Assembly (NCBI GenBank): GCA_015228695.1
Contig: JADGDA010000001.1
Coordinates: 16,283 to 49,768, forward strand
Source of the DNA: Alphaproteobacteria bacterium
GTDB taxonomy: Bacteria > Pseudomonadota > Alphaproteobacteria > Rhodospirillales > Rhodospirillaceae
Length of the DNA: 33,486 bases
Reading direction: 5' to 3'
The notes beneath the pieces are model-generated. The model was not told where the DNA came from, did no database searches, and was given only the letters and a program-made list of their open reading frames with translations. The translations under genes and the position numbers were made by a program. This document shows, piece after piece, positions 23,900 through 33,442 of the stretch; the stretch's first letter is position 1, and each line of letters begins with the position of its first letter.

Positions 23900-24871
23900 C
23901 TAATCGGCCCATTTTGGCTTTCGTGTCCGTGGCCCGAAGACATTCGAAAAGAGAAGGACCTCTCCCTGTGCGCCGGGCAACCGAGACGTCTGTAATACCG
24001 GCGACACGCCTGCATGTTCACAAATCAACGCCTCTTGACCACTTTTTTGAGCGAACACCGCTTCATAGGCGAAGCGACATATCTGGCGGTTCATCATTTC
24101 TACGCTCTCGGAACTGGACAAGTCGCCATATCCAAAACCATGTATTGCAAATTGCTCTCGCATAGACGAATGCCCATAAATCACGCAGTCTGGGGCCACA
24201 GGAAAAATGAAAACGAGGGGTGTTCCTGGTCGCCATACATATGGCCGCATTTCGGTTTCTGGAACGGACGGATCAAACCAGATTACCGGGTTATCGCTGG
24301 TCAGGAGGGGGATGTCGGTCTTGTTGTGCAATGCGCCCAGGCCGATCTCAGAGAATACGCGGTCGATACCATCCATGAGCGGTTTCATCTCCAGAAGGGA
24401 CTGATGCGGATCAATTGCAACCTCAAGATGATCAAGGATGTCGCCATGGCCCGGCGGCTTGGGGGGAAGCAACCCGCTGGCATCCATAACCCGTGTGGTA
24501 GACATCACCTGCTCTGCCCGTATCCTCTCGATCATATCCCTCGCAGCTGGCACGCGCGCTCTCTGAAGCGCAATGAAATCGAGAAGCACCCCGAGGCTTT
24601 CAGAATCACCGATGTCATCTCCTCGACGGAGGCCATCGACCAACGGAGGCCATTTCGACTCAAGCTTTGAGAATAAGTCCTCCAAGCAGTTGTCTCGACC
24701 GCCATCCTCAGACGGTTGGGAATAGTAGTATTTGTGAAATCCGAAATTGTCCGGCGATTGGCAAATGATTTTCTCTGGCTCATCCTTTCGATACACACGA
24801 AGTCGCCCCTGACCATCACAAAATGGTCTGAGGTAGGCCCTCGGCACATAATGGTGACGCTTCTTGTTCAT
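23900..24871 (-). CDS. DUF4238-domain protein
   Basis: ORF 23900..24871 with an ATG start. The N-terminal HHYVPRAYLRPF motif is typical of DUF4238. GC is markedly lower than in the surroundings (by eye). Confidence 0.85.
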   Translation of the reverse strand: MNKKRHHYVPRAYLRPFCDGQGRLRVYRKDEPEKIICQSPDNFGFHKYYYSQPSEDGGRDNCLEDLFSKLESKWPPLVDGLRRGDDIGDSESLGVLLDFIALQRARVPAARDMIERIRAEQVMSTTRVMDASGLLPPKPPGHGDILDHLEVAIDPHQSLLEMKPLMDGIDRVFSEIGLGALHNKTDIPLLTSDNPVIWFDPSVPETEMRPYVWRPGTPLVFIFPVAPDCVIYGHSSMREQFAIHGFGYGDLSSSESVEMMNRQICRFAYEAVFAQKSGQEALICEHAGVSPVLQTSRLPGAQGEVLLFSNVFGPRTRKPKWAD

Positions 24872-25029
24872 TTCGCCGCAGCACCACCGGGCAGTACGAG
24901 TGACAAATGGTCTCGCAAGATATAGCTATCAATCGTGCTGTTCAAACTCGCAGATTGCCTGTTGCAGAGCGCTCGAACTGGCGGCATGGCTTCCGAGGGG
25001 AACGTATCGGCAAGGCATGGCGCCGCCGA

Positions 25030-25245
25030 TCAGGTTGCGTGTTCCCCTTCGTTGAAGGCCGAATCCGTGATCCGCTTGAGGAGTTCGGCGTAGTGGCCGA
25101 GGGTGCCGACGTGGCCCCAGTTGATCTCGTCCGGGGCGTACCCGAAGTGGTCGGCGCTGGCGGCCGCGAGGCGCGCCAGCATGGCGTCGATCTCGGCCTT
25201 GCGGGCGATGAAAGCGGCGAGGGCGGAATTCTTGGTCTTGGGCAT
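25030..25245 (-). CDS. 71-aa hypothetical protein (MPKTKNSALAAFIARKAEIDAMLARLAAASADHFGYAPDEINWGHVGTLGHYAELLKRITDSAFNEGEHAT)
   Basis: Inner part of ORF 25030..25443. The start is ATG 25245 with GGAG 7 nt upstream. It has helical, non-shadow composition. I have a vague recollection of similar small ORFs in alphaproteobacterial mobile regions, which is unverified. Confidence 0.5.
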   Translation of the reverse strand: MPKTKNSALAAFIARKAEIDAMLARLAAASADHFGYAPDEINWGHVGTLGHYAELLKRITDSAFNEGEHAT

Positions 25246-25511
25246 GGTGGGCTCCGTTCGTGGTGCCCACATGACGGCGTTGAACCACCGCCCAAGCAAG
25301 TCCAATCTGCTGACACAACGTTGACATGGCGACTTTCCGTGCCCCCCGGATGTGGGCCTCGGAGCAACGCCCCTCGCCGCGAACACCATGGCAACATCGG
25401 CAGATTTCCATGTCGCATCCGTGTTGCACGGAATCGCCGTCACCGTCCGTAACTGTTTGGAATCGCGCGGTTTCGCGTTGTGTTCTTTTGCAACACGATC
25501 CCGGACATAGA

Positions 25512-25542
25512 AATGGCGCTAAGTCTTTGACTTAGCGCCATT
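25512..25542 (-). terminator. Hairpin immediately 3' of the tRNA remnant, probably the native tRNA terminator
   Basis: A perfect 13-bp inverted repeat: AATGGCGCTAAGT (25512..25524) and ACTTAGCGCCATT (25530..25542) around a 5-nt loop. On the minus strand it starts 4 nt after the CCA end and is followed by TTCTATGT. Confidence 0.6.
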
Positions 25543-25545
25543 AAT

Positions 25546-25591
<46 letters not shown>

Positions 25592-25977
25592 ACGAAGTTC
25601 ATGCCTTGTTCTAATCGCTTGTTCTGATTGCCGGAATCCGGCATGTCTTTGAATGTCTTGAGTTATTCAAAACATTTTCTTGCCTCTCGACACAAGCGTT
25701 CGCCGCCCAGAGCCATCCGAATGCCCTCCGCACACGGAGTTGGCACGGAGTCGGTGATTATCCGGTAGAGTTGCAGTCAATCGACGAGAGGGTGCCCCAC
25801 GCCAACGATCCGCCTTCATGGCGGTGGACCAGAGAGTGGGGTTGGGGTAAGAATTTATTTAGGGACCGCAATGACACTGGTGCCAGGACCGCATCCTGGC
25901 GCAGGGAAATAACAATCGCAGCAATACATAAGGCTTGTCTTGTGAACTTGGCCTTATGATTAAGGGAACGACCAATC

Positions 25978-26964
25978 ATGGCAACTGCGGATCACGTCAA
26001 GGCACTGATTCGAAGTCACTCGGAGGGTGACAACGAACGGTTCTATGCGGTCGCCTTGCAGGTCGCCGCCCAGGCTGCCCGTCAGGGCCACACGAAGTTC
26101 GCCCAGGAACTCCGCGATCTGGTTGATCGCTCGAAGGTGCGCGGTGAGGCCCCTGCTCCCGGACAAAGGACGAAGCCGATCCCGATCGTCCAGCCGCGCG
26201 GCGAGCTCGCCGGACTCCTCTCGGCGGCTTTCCCAACGATCCGACTGGCCGACATGGCTCTTGACCGGCAGGTTCGGACGCGCCTTGAGCGCATCCTTCT
26301 GGAACAGCGCCAGCGCGAGGAACTCAGAGCCCACGGTATGTCACCAATTCGCAAGCTTCTCCTCATAGGCCCTCCCGGCACCGGCAAGACGATGACCGCC
26401 TCGGCGCTGGCCGGCGAACTGGGCGTTCCCCTCTTCACGATCCAACTCGACGGGCTGATCACCCGCTATCTTGGAGAGACCGCCGCCAAGCTGAGACTGA
26501 TTTTCGAGGCGATCCAGCAGACGCGGGCCGTTTACTTTTTTGACGAGTTCGATGCCCTGGGCAGCGAGCGCGCAACGAAGAACGAGGTCGGAGAAATCCG
26601 ACGGGTGTTGAACTCGTTCCTTCAGTTCCTGGAGCAAGATGATTCGGACAGCATCGTCGCGGGGGCGACCAATCACCCGCAGATCCTGGACCGGGCCTTG
26701 TTTCGCCGTTTCGATTCCGTGATCGAGTACAGCCTGCCGTCGCCCGATATCTCGGAGCAGGTCATGCGGGACCGCCTGGCGTTGCTCGATACGTCCCAGG
26801 TGAACTGGCCCAACGTGGTGGAGGCGGCAAAAGGACTCTGCCACTCCGACCTCACCCGCGCCTGCGAACGGGCCGCCAAGAACGCCATCCTCCAGCGCCA
26901 TACCTGCGTCGACAGCCAGGAGTTCGTTGAAGCGCTGCAAGAGCGGCGCGCCACGCATCGGTGA
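25978..26964 (+). CDS. AAA+ ATPase (classic-clade AAA; IetA-like)
   Basis: ORF 25978..26964 with AAGGGA 10 nt upstream of the ATG. Walker A is LLLIGPPGTGKT (26368..26391), Walker B is VYFFDEFD and sensor-1 is GATNHP. The gene is followed 21 nt later by an S8 protease gene. Confidence 0.9.
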   Translation: MATADHVKALIRSHSEGDNERFYAVALQVAAQAARQGHTKFAQELRDLVDRSKVRGEAPAPGQRTKPIPIVQPRGELAGLLSAAFPTIRLADMALDRQVRTRLERILLEQRQREELRAHGMSPIRKLLLIGPPGTGKTMTASALAGELGVPLFTIQLDGLITRYLGETAAKLRLIFEAIQQTRAVYFFDEFDALGSERATKNEVGEIRRVLNSFLQFLEQDDSDSIVAGATNHPQILDRALFRRFDSVIEYSLPSPDISEQVMRDRLALLDTSQVNWPNVVEAAKGLCHSDLTRACERAAKNAILQRHTCVDSQEFVEALQERRATHR

Positions 26965-26985
26965 TTTCGAGGAGGTTCCAGAACG

Positions 26986-29514
26986 ATGGCGGCGCCGCGA
27001 AACCGAAAACACCTTCTCGTGCCCACCCCACCTCGCGCCGAGGATTATCGCCCGCATCCCAAGAAGGTTGACCTGCCTGTCTATTCAGGACCGATAGACC
27101 GCGCAGCCCATGCGGCCGACCTTCGCGGAGCCCTGGCGGATATCCGACAAGAGGCGGAGGCCGACAGACAGACGTCTGGCATTGCCGTAGCCGGCGCGCC
27201 GTCCGGCATCACGGTCGAATTCGAAAGCCCACCCGGCTTCGACCTGAAGCTCGAGTCTCTTGAAAGCAAGAGACAGGGCATTGAGCTGCTGAATGTCCGC
27301 AGTAGTCCTTCTGGAGAAGATGGAGCGCGCATCCAGTTCGCAGCCATCTTCATTCCCGATGGAGCCCTGAAGCATTTCTTTGACCGCTTCGAACAGTACG
27401 CCGAGCAAACGACCAGGAAAGGAGAGCCCCGCCACAAGGATCTCGTGGACAGGATCGCGGCGCTGCGCAAGGCAACCCTGCGTGCGCTGTGGACCGATAC
27501 CGAGGATGCCTATCCTGCCGACGGGGAGACAATCTGGTGGGAAGTCTGGCTGCGCCGGCACGATGGGGCGGAACTTGCGCGTCTCCTTGATTTCGCCCAG
27601 CAGACCAACCTCGCGGTCAGCGAGCGCCGCCTCGGCTTCGACGACCGGATTGTGATCCTGGTGAGAGGGTCGGCGGTCCAGCTTTCCGCATCCCTGAACG
27701 TTCTCAACGAGTTTGCGGAGTTGCGCCGTGCCAAGGAGAGCGCCGCCTTTTGCGTCGACGATCTGTCTCCCTCGGAACAGGCCGACTGGGTGGACGATCT
27801 CAAGAACCGAACCGTCCTGCCCGACGAGAATGCGCCGGCGCTCTGCATTCTCGATACCGGCGTCACGCATGGGCACCCCCTGCTGCAGGATATCCTTGCC
27901 CCCGAAGACGCCACGGCCGTCGATCCCGCCTGGGGCGCACACGACCACGACGGGCACGGAACTGAAATGGCCGGCCTTGCGGCTTATGGCGATCTGGCCC
28001 AGGCGCTGGCATCCGGTGCGCCCGTTCACATCCGACACCGCCTGGAATCCGTGAAAATCCTTCCGCCCAGAGGCGCCAACCTCCCGGAACTCTACGGCGC
28101 GATCACCGCTCAGGCAGTGGCGCGTCCGGAAATCCAGGCGCCCCGAAGGCCGCGCGCCTTCTCGATGGCCGTGACCGCAACCGACGAACGTGATCGCGGA
28201 CAGCCGACCTCCTGGTCGGCCGCCATCGACGCACTTGCCGCAGGCCGCTCCTTCGACCCGTCAAACCAGGGTCTCGTCTATCTCGACGACGACGCCGCGA
28301 ATGCGCCCCGTCTTTTTGTCCTGAGTGCCGGGAATGTAGATCCCGCCCATCTGCAGCAGGACCATCTCGGCCGTAGCGACATCGAGGCCATTCACGACCC
28401 GGCCCATGCCTGGAACGCCCTGACCGTAGGAGCGTTCACGGAGAAGGCATCCATCACCGACGCATCCTACGCAGGCTGGTCGCCCGTGGCACCACCCGGA
28501 GACCTCTCGCCATGGAGCACGACCTCCGTCACCTTCCAGGAAAGCTGGCCTCTCAAGCCGGACGTGGTTTGCGAGGGCGGCAATCTCGCCATGAACGGGA
28601 CGCACATCGACTTCCCCATACCGGACCTTTCGCTGCTCTCGACCCATCATAAGCCCGCCGAAAAGAGCTTCACCCTTTCCTGGGCGACGAGCGCGGCAAC
28701 GGCTCAGGTCGCACGCATGGCGGCGACGATCAGCGCCGAGTATCCGCATCTCTGGCCGGAAAGCGTTCGTGCTCTGCTCGTTCAGTCGGCAAGATGGACC
28801 AGGGCGATGCGCGCGCATCTCGACGGCGCGGGCGGCAAGAAGGCCCGCGCGAGACTAGTCCGCCGCTATGGCTACGGCGTACCAGACCTTGCCCGCGCGC
28901 TACGTAGCGCGGGTGACGCTCTCACCCTGATCGCGCAGGCATCCATTCGTCCCTTCGCGGACGGGAAGATGCGCGAGCTTCACCTGCACGAGCTGCCGTG
29001 GCCGAAGGCCGCCCTGGCAGAAATGGGGGAGACCCCCGTTCGGCTACGGGTCACCCTTTCGTACTTCATCGAACCCAACCCGGGACGGCGGGGCTGGAAG
29101 AAGCGCCATCGCTACGCCTCGCACGGCCTGCGGTTCGACATGAAACTGCCCACCGAAAGCACCGACGAATTCCACAAGCGCCTCAACCAGAAGGCCCTTG
29201 AGGAGGACGAGGGGAAACCGGACACCAGCGGCGGTCTCGCCGACTGGTTCATTGGCGAGGCGCGCAACAAGGGATCCCTTCATTCGGACATCTGGGTCGG
29301 CACGGCAGCCGACCTTGCCGAGCGTGGCGTCATCGGAGTATTCCCCGTCTCCGGCTGGTGGAAAGACCAGCCAAAACGTGACCGCAGCCAGTTCGGCGCC
29401 CGCTACTCCCTGATCGTCACCGTCGAGACGGACGCAGAAGGCGTCGATATCTGGACGCCGGTCGCACAAGAAATCGGCGTTCCGGTCGAAGAGGCGATAA
29501 TCGAGATTGGATGA
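26986..29514 (+). CDS. Subtilisin-like S8 serine peptidase with large N- and C-terminal extensions (IetS-like)
   Basis: ORF 26986..29514 with GAGGAGG 10 nt upstream. Catalytic triad candidates are D290 in CILDTGV (27853..27855), H324 in DGHGTEMAG (27955..27957) and S569 in SWATSAATAQ (28690..28692). The oxyanion Asn is in LSAGN. Confidence 0.9.
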   Translation: MAAPRNRKHLLVPTPPRAEDYRPHPKKVDLPVYSGPIDRAAHAADLRGALADIRQEAEADRQTSGIAVAGAPSGITVEFESPPGFDLKLESLESKRQGIELLNVRSSPSGEDGARIQFAAIFIPDGALKHFFDRFEQYAEQTTRKGEPRHKDLVDRIAALRKATLRALWTDTEDAYPADGETIWWEVWLRRHDGAELARLLDFAQQTNLAVSERRLGFDDRIVILVRGSAVQLSASLNVLNEFAELRRAKESAAFCVDDLSPSEQADWVDDLKNRTVLPDENAPALCILDTGVTHGHPLLQDILAPEDATAVDPAWGAHDHDGHGTEMAGLAAYGDLAQALASGAPVHIRHRLESVKILPPRGANLPELYGAITAQAVARPEIQAPRRPRAFSMAVTATDERDRGQPTSWSAAIDALAAGRSFDPSNQGLVYLDDDAANAPRLFVLSAGNVDPAHLQQDHLGRSDIEAIHDPAHAWNALTVGAFTEKASITDASYAGWSPVAPPGDLSPWSTTSVTFQESWPLKPDVVCEGGNLAMNGTHIDFPIPDLSLLSTHHKPAEKSFTLSWATSAATAQVARMAATISAEYPHLWPESVRALLVQSARWTRAMRAHLDGAGGKKARARLVRRYGYGVPDLARALRSAGDALTLIAQASIRPFADGKMRELHLHELPWPKAALAEMGETPVRLRVTLSYFIEPNPGRRGWKKRHRYASHGLRFDMKLPTESTDEFHKRLNQKALEEDEGKPDTSGGLADWFIGEARNKGSLHSDIWVGTAADLAERGVIGVFPVSGWWKDQPKRDRSQFGARYSLIVTVETDAEGVDIWTPVAQEIGVPVEEAIIEIG

Positions 29515-29632
29515 CACTCGAAGTGAGCTACGTCCCTTTTGCTTGCCCCAGGCAAGTTGAGACTTGCCTGCCTAGCTTTGCTTCGGAGTCGGTGGGGTCA
29601 GCGATCGCAACCGTTTTAGGCCGCAAGAGACG

Positions 29633-32600
29633 TCATCTGGTCTTCAGTCGAAACGTTCCGTGTGCCCGCCAGAGCGCCTGCAGGGTCGGGATGTTCTCGC
29701 GCCCCCCGTCACCGCTGGTCAGTACGGCCAATGCGCTCCCCTTTAACCCTACGTTCTCAAGAATGCGCAGGTCTGGAGCGACCTCTTTCCCCAAGCGCTT
29801 GAGATAGGCAAAGGTTTCTCCGCAATCATCCACTGTCGCAGCAACAATTCGGTCCTCAAGGCAACGAATTTCTTCCGGTGTTGTGTTCTGTACGGCCTCA
29901 AGCAGCACAATGTCGCCGCTTCGGATGACCGGATAGGCGCTATCATCGGTCACACGGGCAGCCACGAGATTCTTCTCCAGTATCTTGCTGGCATCGATCA
30001 GGCAGGCTTCTTCCTTCCCGCCAAAGTTTTCCTGATCATAGAGGACTCCAATGATCGGCAGCAGCCGGGTCTTTGCCCTCGGCAACACCAATGTCGGCGG
30101 CACTCTCTCCGTTCCGGTCCGGTCGCAGGCGAGAACGACACGTGACGGGTCACGCCGGTCTCCCAGCAGCAGCCGTAGGTAAATCTTGCCGTCGCTCAGC
30201 GCGACCACCGGATCGCCGTCGTCGGCCTCCTGGTCAAGAGATACGATGACCACCTGCCCCTGAAGGGCGAAGGAGCCGAGCCCCGGCGACCTGACACCAT
30301 ACAGGGCGACTTCGCCCAGCTTGCTCATGTCGAAAGACTCGTCCGCCTGCGCCAGTGCCAGCACGTTCACGCTGCTCCGGGCGCTCACTTCCCCAAGCAA
30401 CGGGAACTGCTTTAGGGCGAGCATTGCCAGCGCGGGGGCGGGCGGCGTATCGATGAGGAAAAGGTCCCGGTCTTCTCGCGTCAGCCGTCCCATGAAACGC
30501 GCATACGCTGCGGAACAGCTTCGCAACAACCGGTCAATCTGGTCGAAGACCTCCGAGACCTGTCCCGCCTCGAAGGGCGTGATTTCATGCAGGCGATGAT
30601 GCGCTTTGTTGATGATGGTGTAGAAAGGCGCCGTGTCGCGCAGCGCCATGTGCGAGAGCAGTGTCTCAAATGGCGTTTCGTCAAACGGCCGCTCTCCATT
30701 GTTCCGCGCCGAGCGGAGAGCGTTGACCAGATCAGCCAGCGTCGGCTTATGCAGGACCATGGGGTCAGTCGCCAGCAGGTCCCAAAGCCGGTTCTCGACA
30801 TACAGCCTGACTTTGCTCACAAATTGCTGTGCTTTTGCTGCATTGTTATCATCGGCTTGCCAGTCTTTTCGCAGTTCGAAAATCTCTTCGGCCGCAGGGC
30901 TGAGCGCTGCCGTCAGACGCGAGCTTGAGATCGGATTTATCACCAGGGCGTGCCATGAGGGCACGTCGGTGGATTGCCGGGGAAGTTTGTCCCTTATGGC
31001 TGCGAGGAACCGGTAATCATTAGAGGTGATCACCGGGCGCATATCTTGTGCCGGCATCTGAGGAATTGCCGCTGCCAAGTTCTCCGCGTTTATTGGATCA
31101 AAGTGCGTCTGGGGATCATCAAGCAGCATGCAGTCGATTCCGCCCGCGTTCGACCGGACGCGTTCCCACAGGCTGAAGACGAAGGCCCACACACACGCCC
31201 GCAGCAAAGAGGCGTTCATGATCTCGTGTGCCGACACCTGCATGTCACCAATCCCTGCGCGCAGGCCAATGCCCTTTTCTTCCGTGGCGTCGAATCCGCT
31301 GTAGCTCGGGCCGCCGCGATAGTGCGGACTGTAGATCCTTCCAAGCCACTCTTTCGTTCCCCGGTCGAGAATCTGAATCAGACCGGACACTTGCTGAAAC
31401 ACCAGCGCCTCAAAGCCCGCGAACTCATCCATCGCGTCGGCGGCCCGATCAATGAGCCCGAGCCGTTCCATGAGAGCTGCGTACTGCTTACGGGTTGTTT
31501 CGAGCTCGTCGAGCTGACGCAGCAGGGATACGATGGGCGCCGTGTTCTCAACACACATCCGCAGCGTCTCGATCTGGTCGCGCAGGGGCAGCTTGTCCGG
31601 CTGAGTGTCCCCTACGCCGGAGACCTTGGCGCTTCCGGTTTCAGGCTGACTTGGCGCTCCGATATAGCGCTCGACGAACTTCTTGAGGGCATCCGCGCTG
31701 GCGGAGCGATGTCTCGAGATCCGGATCGCCTGAACGATGTTCCCGACTCGTGTAGCAAGCATCCCCGCCTTGAATTCGTCCGGCCAGTTCACCGACTTTG
31801 CCGCAGGCATGTCGGGCAGCGCGGCGGCGGTAACCGCTTCCTCCCAAAGAACCACAGCATTGCGTTTCAAAGCCTGAATCCGGCCCTCGAATGTCCGGTC
31901 AGCCAGTAGTTCTTCCAGATATGCCTTGCGATAGATTTGCAGCAGGCCGGCAGGAGGGGCCTTGTCCGCGAACGCTCGCAGGTTTTCCGGCAGCCTCTCC
32001 AGGAATTCACGGGCTGCATCCTGTTCCCACTCCTGGACGCCTTTCGCAGCGTCCGCATCGGCCTCGGCACACAGCCACAGCGCTTCTTTTACGCCCTTAT
32101 CCACCAGTGCATCAGGCGGAACTTTCTCCAGGTCTGTGCCGCAAACCGGGCAGTTCTCCAGTTCAGCGCCGTCATGATGTTCGCGATGCCACGCGGCAAC
32201 CCTCGCATAAAGCTGCCACCTTGCTGCCTCCTGCTTGTTTCTCAGCCGCTCCGTGACGGCTGCTGCGCGCGAGACCATATCCTCTATCAGAGACTCCCCC
32301 GCGCCAATGTCACCATCGGTAACGCCACGCAGACTCTTGATGAGGGCAACCGACGGCAATCCGCCCAGCGCGCCCGGCTTGAGCAGATCAGTGGCAGCAC
32401 GCAACTGTTGCAGTATGCTGTCAACATCCTGCCTGGAGGCCAGTTGCAGCGCTTGCCCCAGGATCGTTTCTGCGGCGCTCTCAAGGCCTTTCTTCTTTTC
32501 CTCAAGCCACTTTCGCGCATCCGAGATCGAGTTTTTGGACTGACCCTTGCTCGCCTCTTCATCCGGCGCGACCACGCTAGCCGGGTCGCTGAGGTCCGGC

Positions 32601-33442
32601 TGAGCGGACCATGCATCCTGAATGGTCTGCCGCTTTCGCTTGAATTCTCCCAGCGTCTGGCTCGCGTCCGTCTGAGATTTCTTTCGCTCATCGGTCCTGA
32701 ACCGCTTGACCACTCTCGTGGACCTGCGGCCCAGGTCCTCCAGCGGTTTCAGGCCGGTTAGCTGGGCGACGGCCTGCGCAAATGTCGTCTTCTCGTCAAA
32801 GCGCATATGTGCGGCAATTCCGGGCAAGAGCGTTCCCGCCTCGACAGCAACCTCGGGAATGGAGAGGTCTTCAAGCCCGGTCACGGACATGCTGATCCTG
32901 CCGCGCTCGTTCACGCCCAGGGCCCGCCGCACGACGCATATGTCGTTCGATCCTTCTGCATGGAATGTCAGTTGCGCCCAGGTGTCGATTCTAGGCTGAT
33001 CACCAAGGGCTTCAAGTTCTGCACCCGATGGGATCGGGACAATCGGTGGAAGCGAAAAGCCGTGTTCTTTGCCCTGAGTCTCATCTTCGCCGTCACCTGC
33101 CGTCCGGAACACCTCCATCGGCTCATGCACGTCGTCAGGCATATGCTGCGAGCGCAACGCTTTGCCTGTCAGGCACCAGATGATCACATTTTGCAGGGCG
33201 GTCTTGCCGGCACCGTTGAAGCCGCTGATCAGGGTTACGTCGCGCTCGATGTCAAGCGCGAAATCATCAGGGGCCTCGCCCTGCGCGTTGCAATGCCTGT
33301 GCAGCCCGGCAATCCGGTGCGCTTCGACGCGTCTCAGTCTCCACAGCCGCTTTGGCGCGGGGGAAGCACCCTTTATCTCTTTTGGAGCAGGGGCCTCCTC
33401 AGCGAGCGCCTTCAGTATGTCCTCGATTTCGCGGGCCTGCAC
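29633..33442 (-). CDS. Giant SMC/Rad50/RloC-like ABC ATPase with a mid-coil CxxC motif, fused to two C-terminal LexA-type (S24) peptidase-like modules
   Basis: ORF 29633..33442 (1269 aa). The listed start is GTG, and the frame stays open to the right window edge (..FYSRHRDLWPRSKT upstream), so the true start may lie beyond 33486. Walker A is GFNGAGKT (33200..33223), CPVC lies at 32141..32152 and Walker B-like CMLLDD at 31115..31132. The S24-like modules lie at about 30038..30325 and 29657..29980. Confidence 0.85.
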   Translation of the reverse strand: MQAREIEDILKALAEEAPAPKEIKGASPAPKRLWRLRRVEAHRIAGLHRHCNAQGEAPDDFALDIERDVTLISGFNGAGKTALQNVIIWCLTGKALRSQHMPDDVHEPMEVFRTAGDGEDETQGKEHGFSLPPIVPIPSGAELEALGDQPRIDTWAQLTFHAEGSNDICVVRRALGVNERGRISMSVTGLEDLSIPEVAVEAGTLLPGIAAHMRFDEKTTFAQAVAQLTGLKPLEDLGRRSTRVVKRFRTDERKKSQTDASQTLGEFKRKRQTIQDAWSAQPDLSDPASVVAPDEEASKGQSKNSISDARKWLEEKKKGLESAAETILGQALQLASRQDVDSILQQLRAATDLLKPGALGGLPSVALIKSLRGVTDGDIGAGESLIEDMVSRAAAVTERLRNKQEAARWQLYARVAAWHREHHDGAELENCPVCGTDLEKVPPDALVDKGVKEALWLCAEADADAAKGVQEWEQDAAREFLERLPENLRAFADKAPPAGLLQIYRKAYLEELLADRTFEGRIQALKRNAVVLWEEAVTAAALPDMPAAKSVNWPDEFKAGMLATRVGNIVQAIRISRHRSASADALKKFVERYIGAPSQPETGSAKVSGVGDTQPDKLPLRDQIETLRMCVENTAPIVSLLRQLDELETTRKQYAALMERLGLIDRAADAMDEFAGFEALVFQQVSGLIQILDRGTKEWLGRIYSPHYRGGPSYSGFDATEEKGIGLRAGIGDMQVSAHEIMNASLLRACVWAFVFSLWERVRSNAGGIDCMLLDDPQTHFDPINAENLAAAIPQMPAQDMRPVITSNDYRFLAAIRDKLPRQSTDVPSWHALVINPISSSRLTAALSPAAEEIFELRKDWQADDNNAAKAQQFVSKVRLYVENRLWDLLATDPMVLHKPTLADLVNALRSARNNGERPFDETPFETLLSHMALRDTAPFYTIINKAHHRLHEITPFEAGQVSEVFDQIDRLLRSCSAAYARFMGRLTREDRDLFLIDTPPAPALAMLALKQFPLLGEVSARSSVNVLALAQADESFDMSKLGEVALYGVRSPGLGSFALQGQVVIVSLDQEADDGDPVVALSDGKIYLRLLLGDRRDPSRVVLACDRTGTERVPPTLVLPRAKTRLLPIIGVLYDQENFGGKEEACLIDASKILEKNLVAARVTDDSAYPVIRSGDIVLLEAVQNTTPEEIRCLEDRIVAATVDDCGETFAYLKRLGKEVAPDLRILENVGLKGSALAVLTSGDGGRENIPTLQALWRAHGTFRLKTR

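Noticed and set aside
24014-24670. A 218-aa plus-strand ORF antisense to the DUF4238 gene, and the 181-aa ORF 24907..25452 (+).
   Set aside because: They have no motifs or SD, and overlap better-supported minus-strand genes (the DUF4238 gene and the 71-aa ORF with GGAG SD).
29542-29568. Three-segment hairpin (CTTGCC / GGCAAG / CTTGCC) in the convergent gap between the S8 protease and the giant ATPase gene, considered as a bidirectional terminator or switch.
   Set aside because: The stems are only 6-7 bp and neither orientation is followed by a U-tract. It cannot be distinguished from chance in a 118-nt gap, so it is noted but not called.
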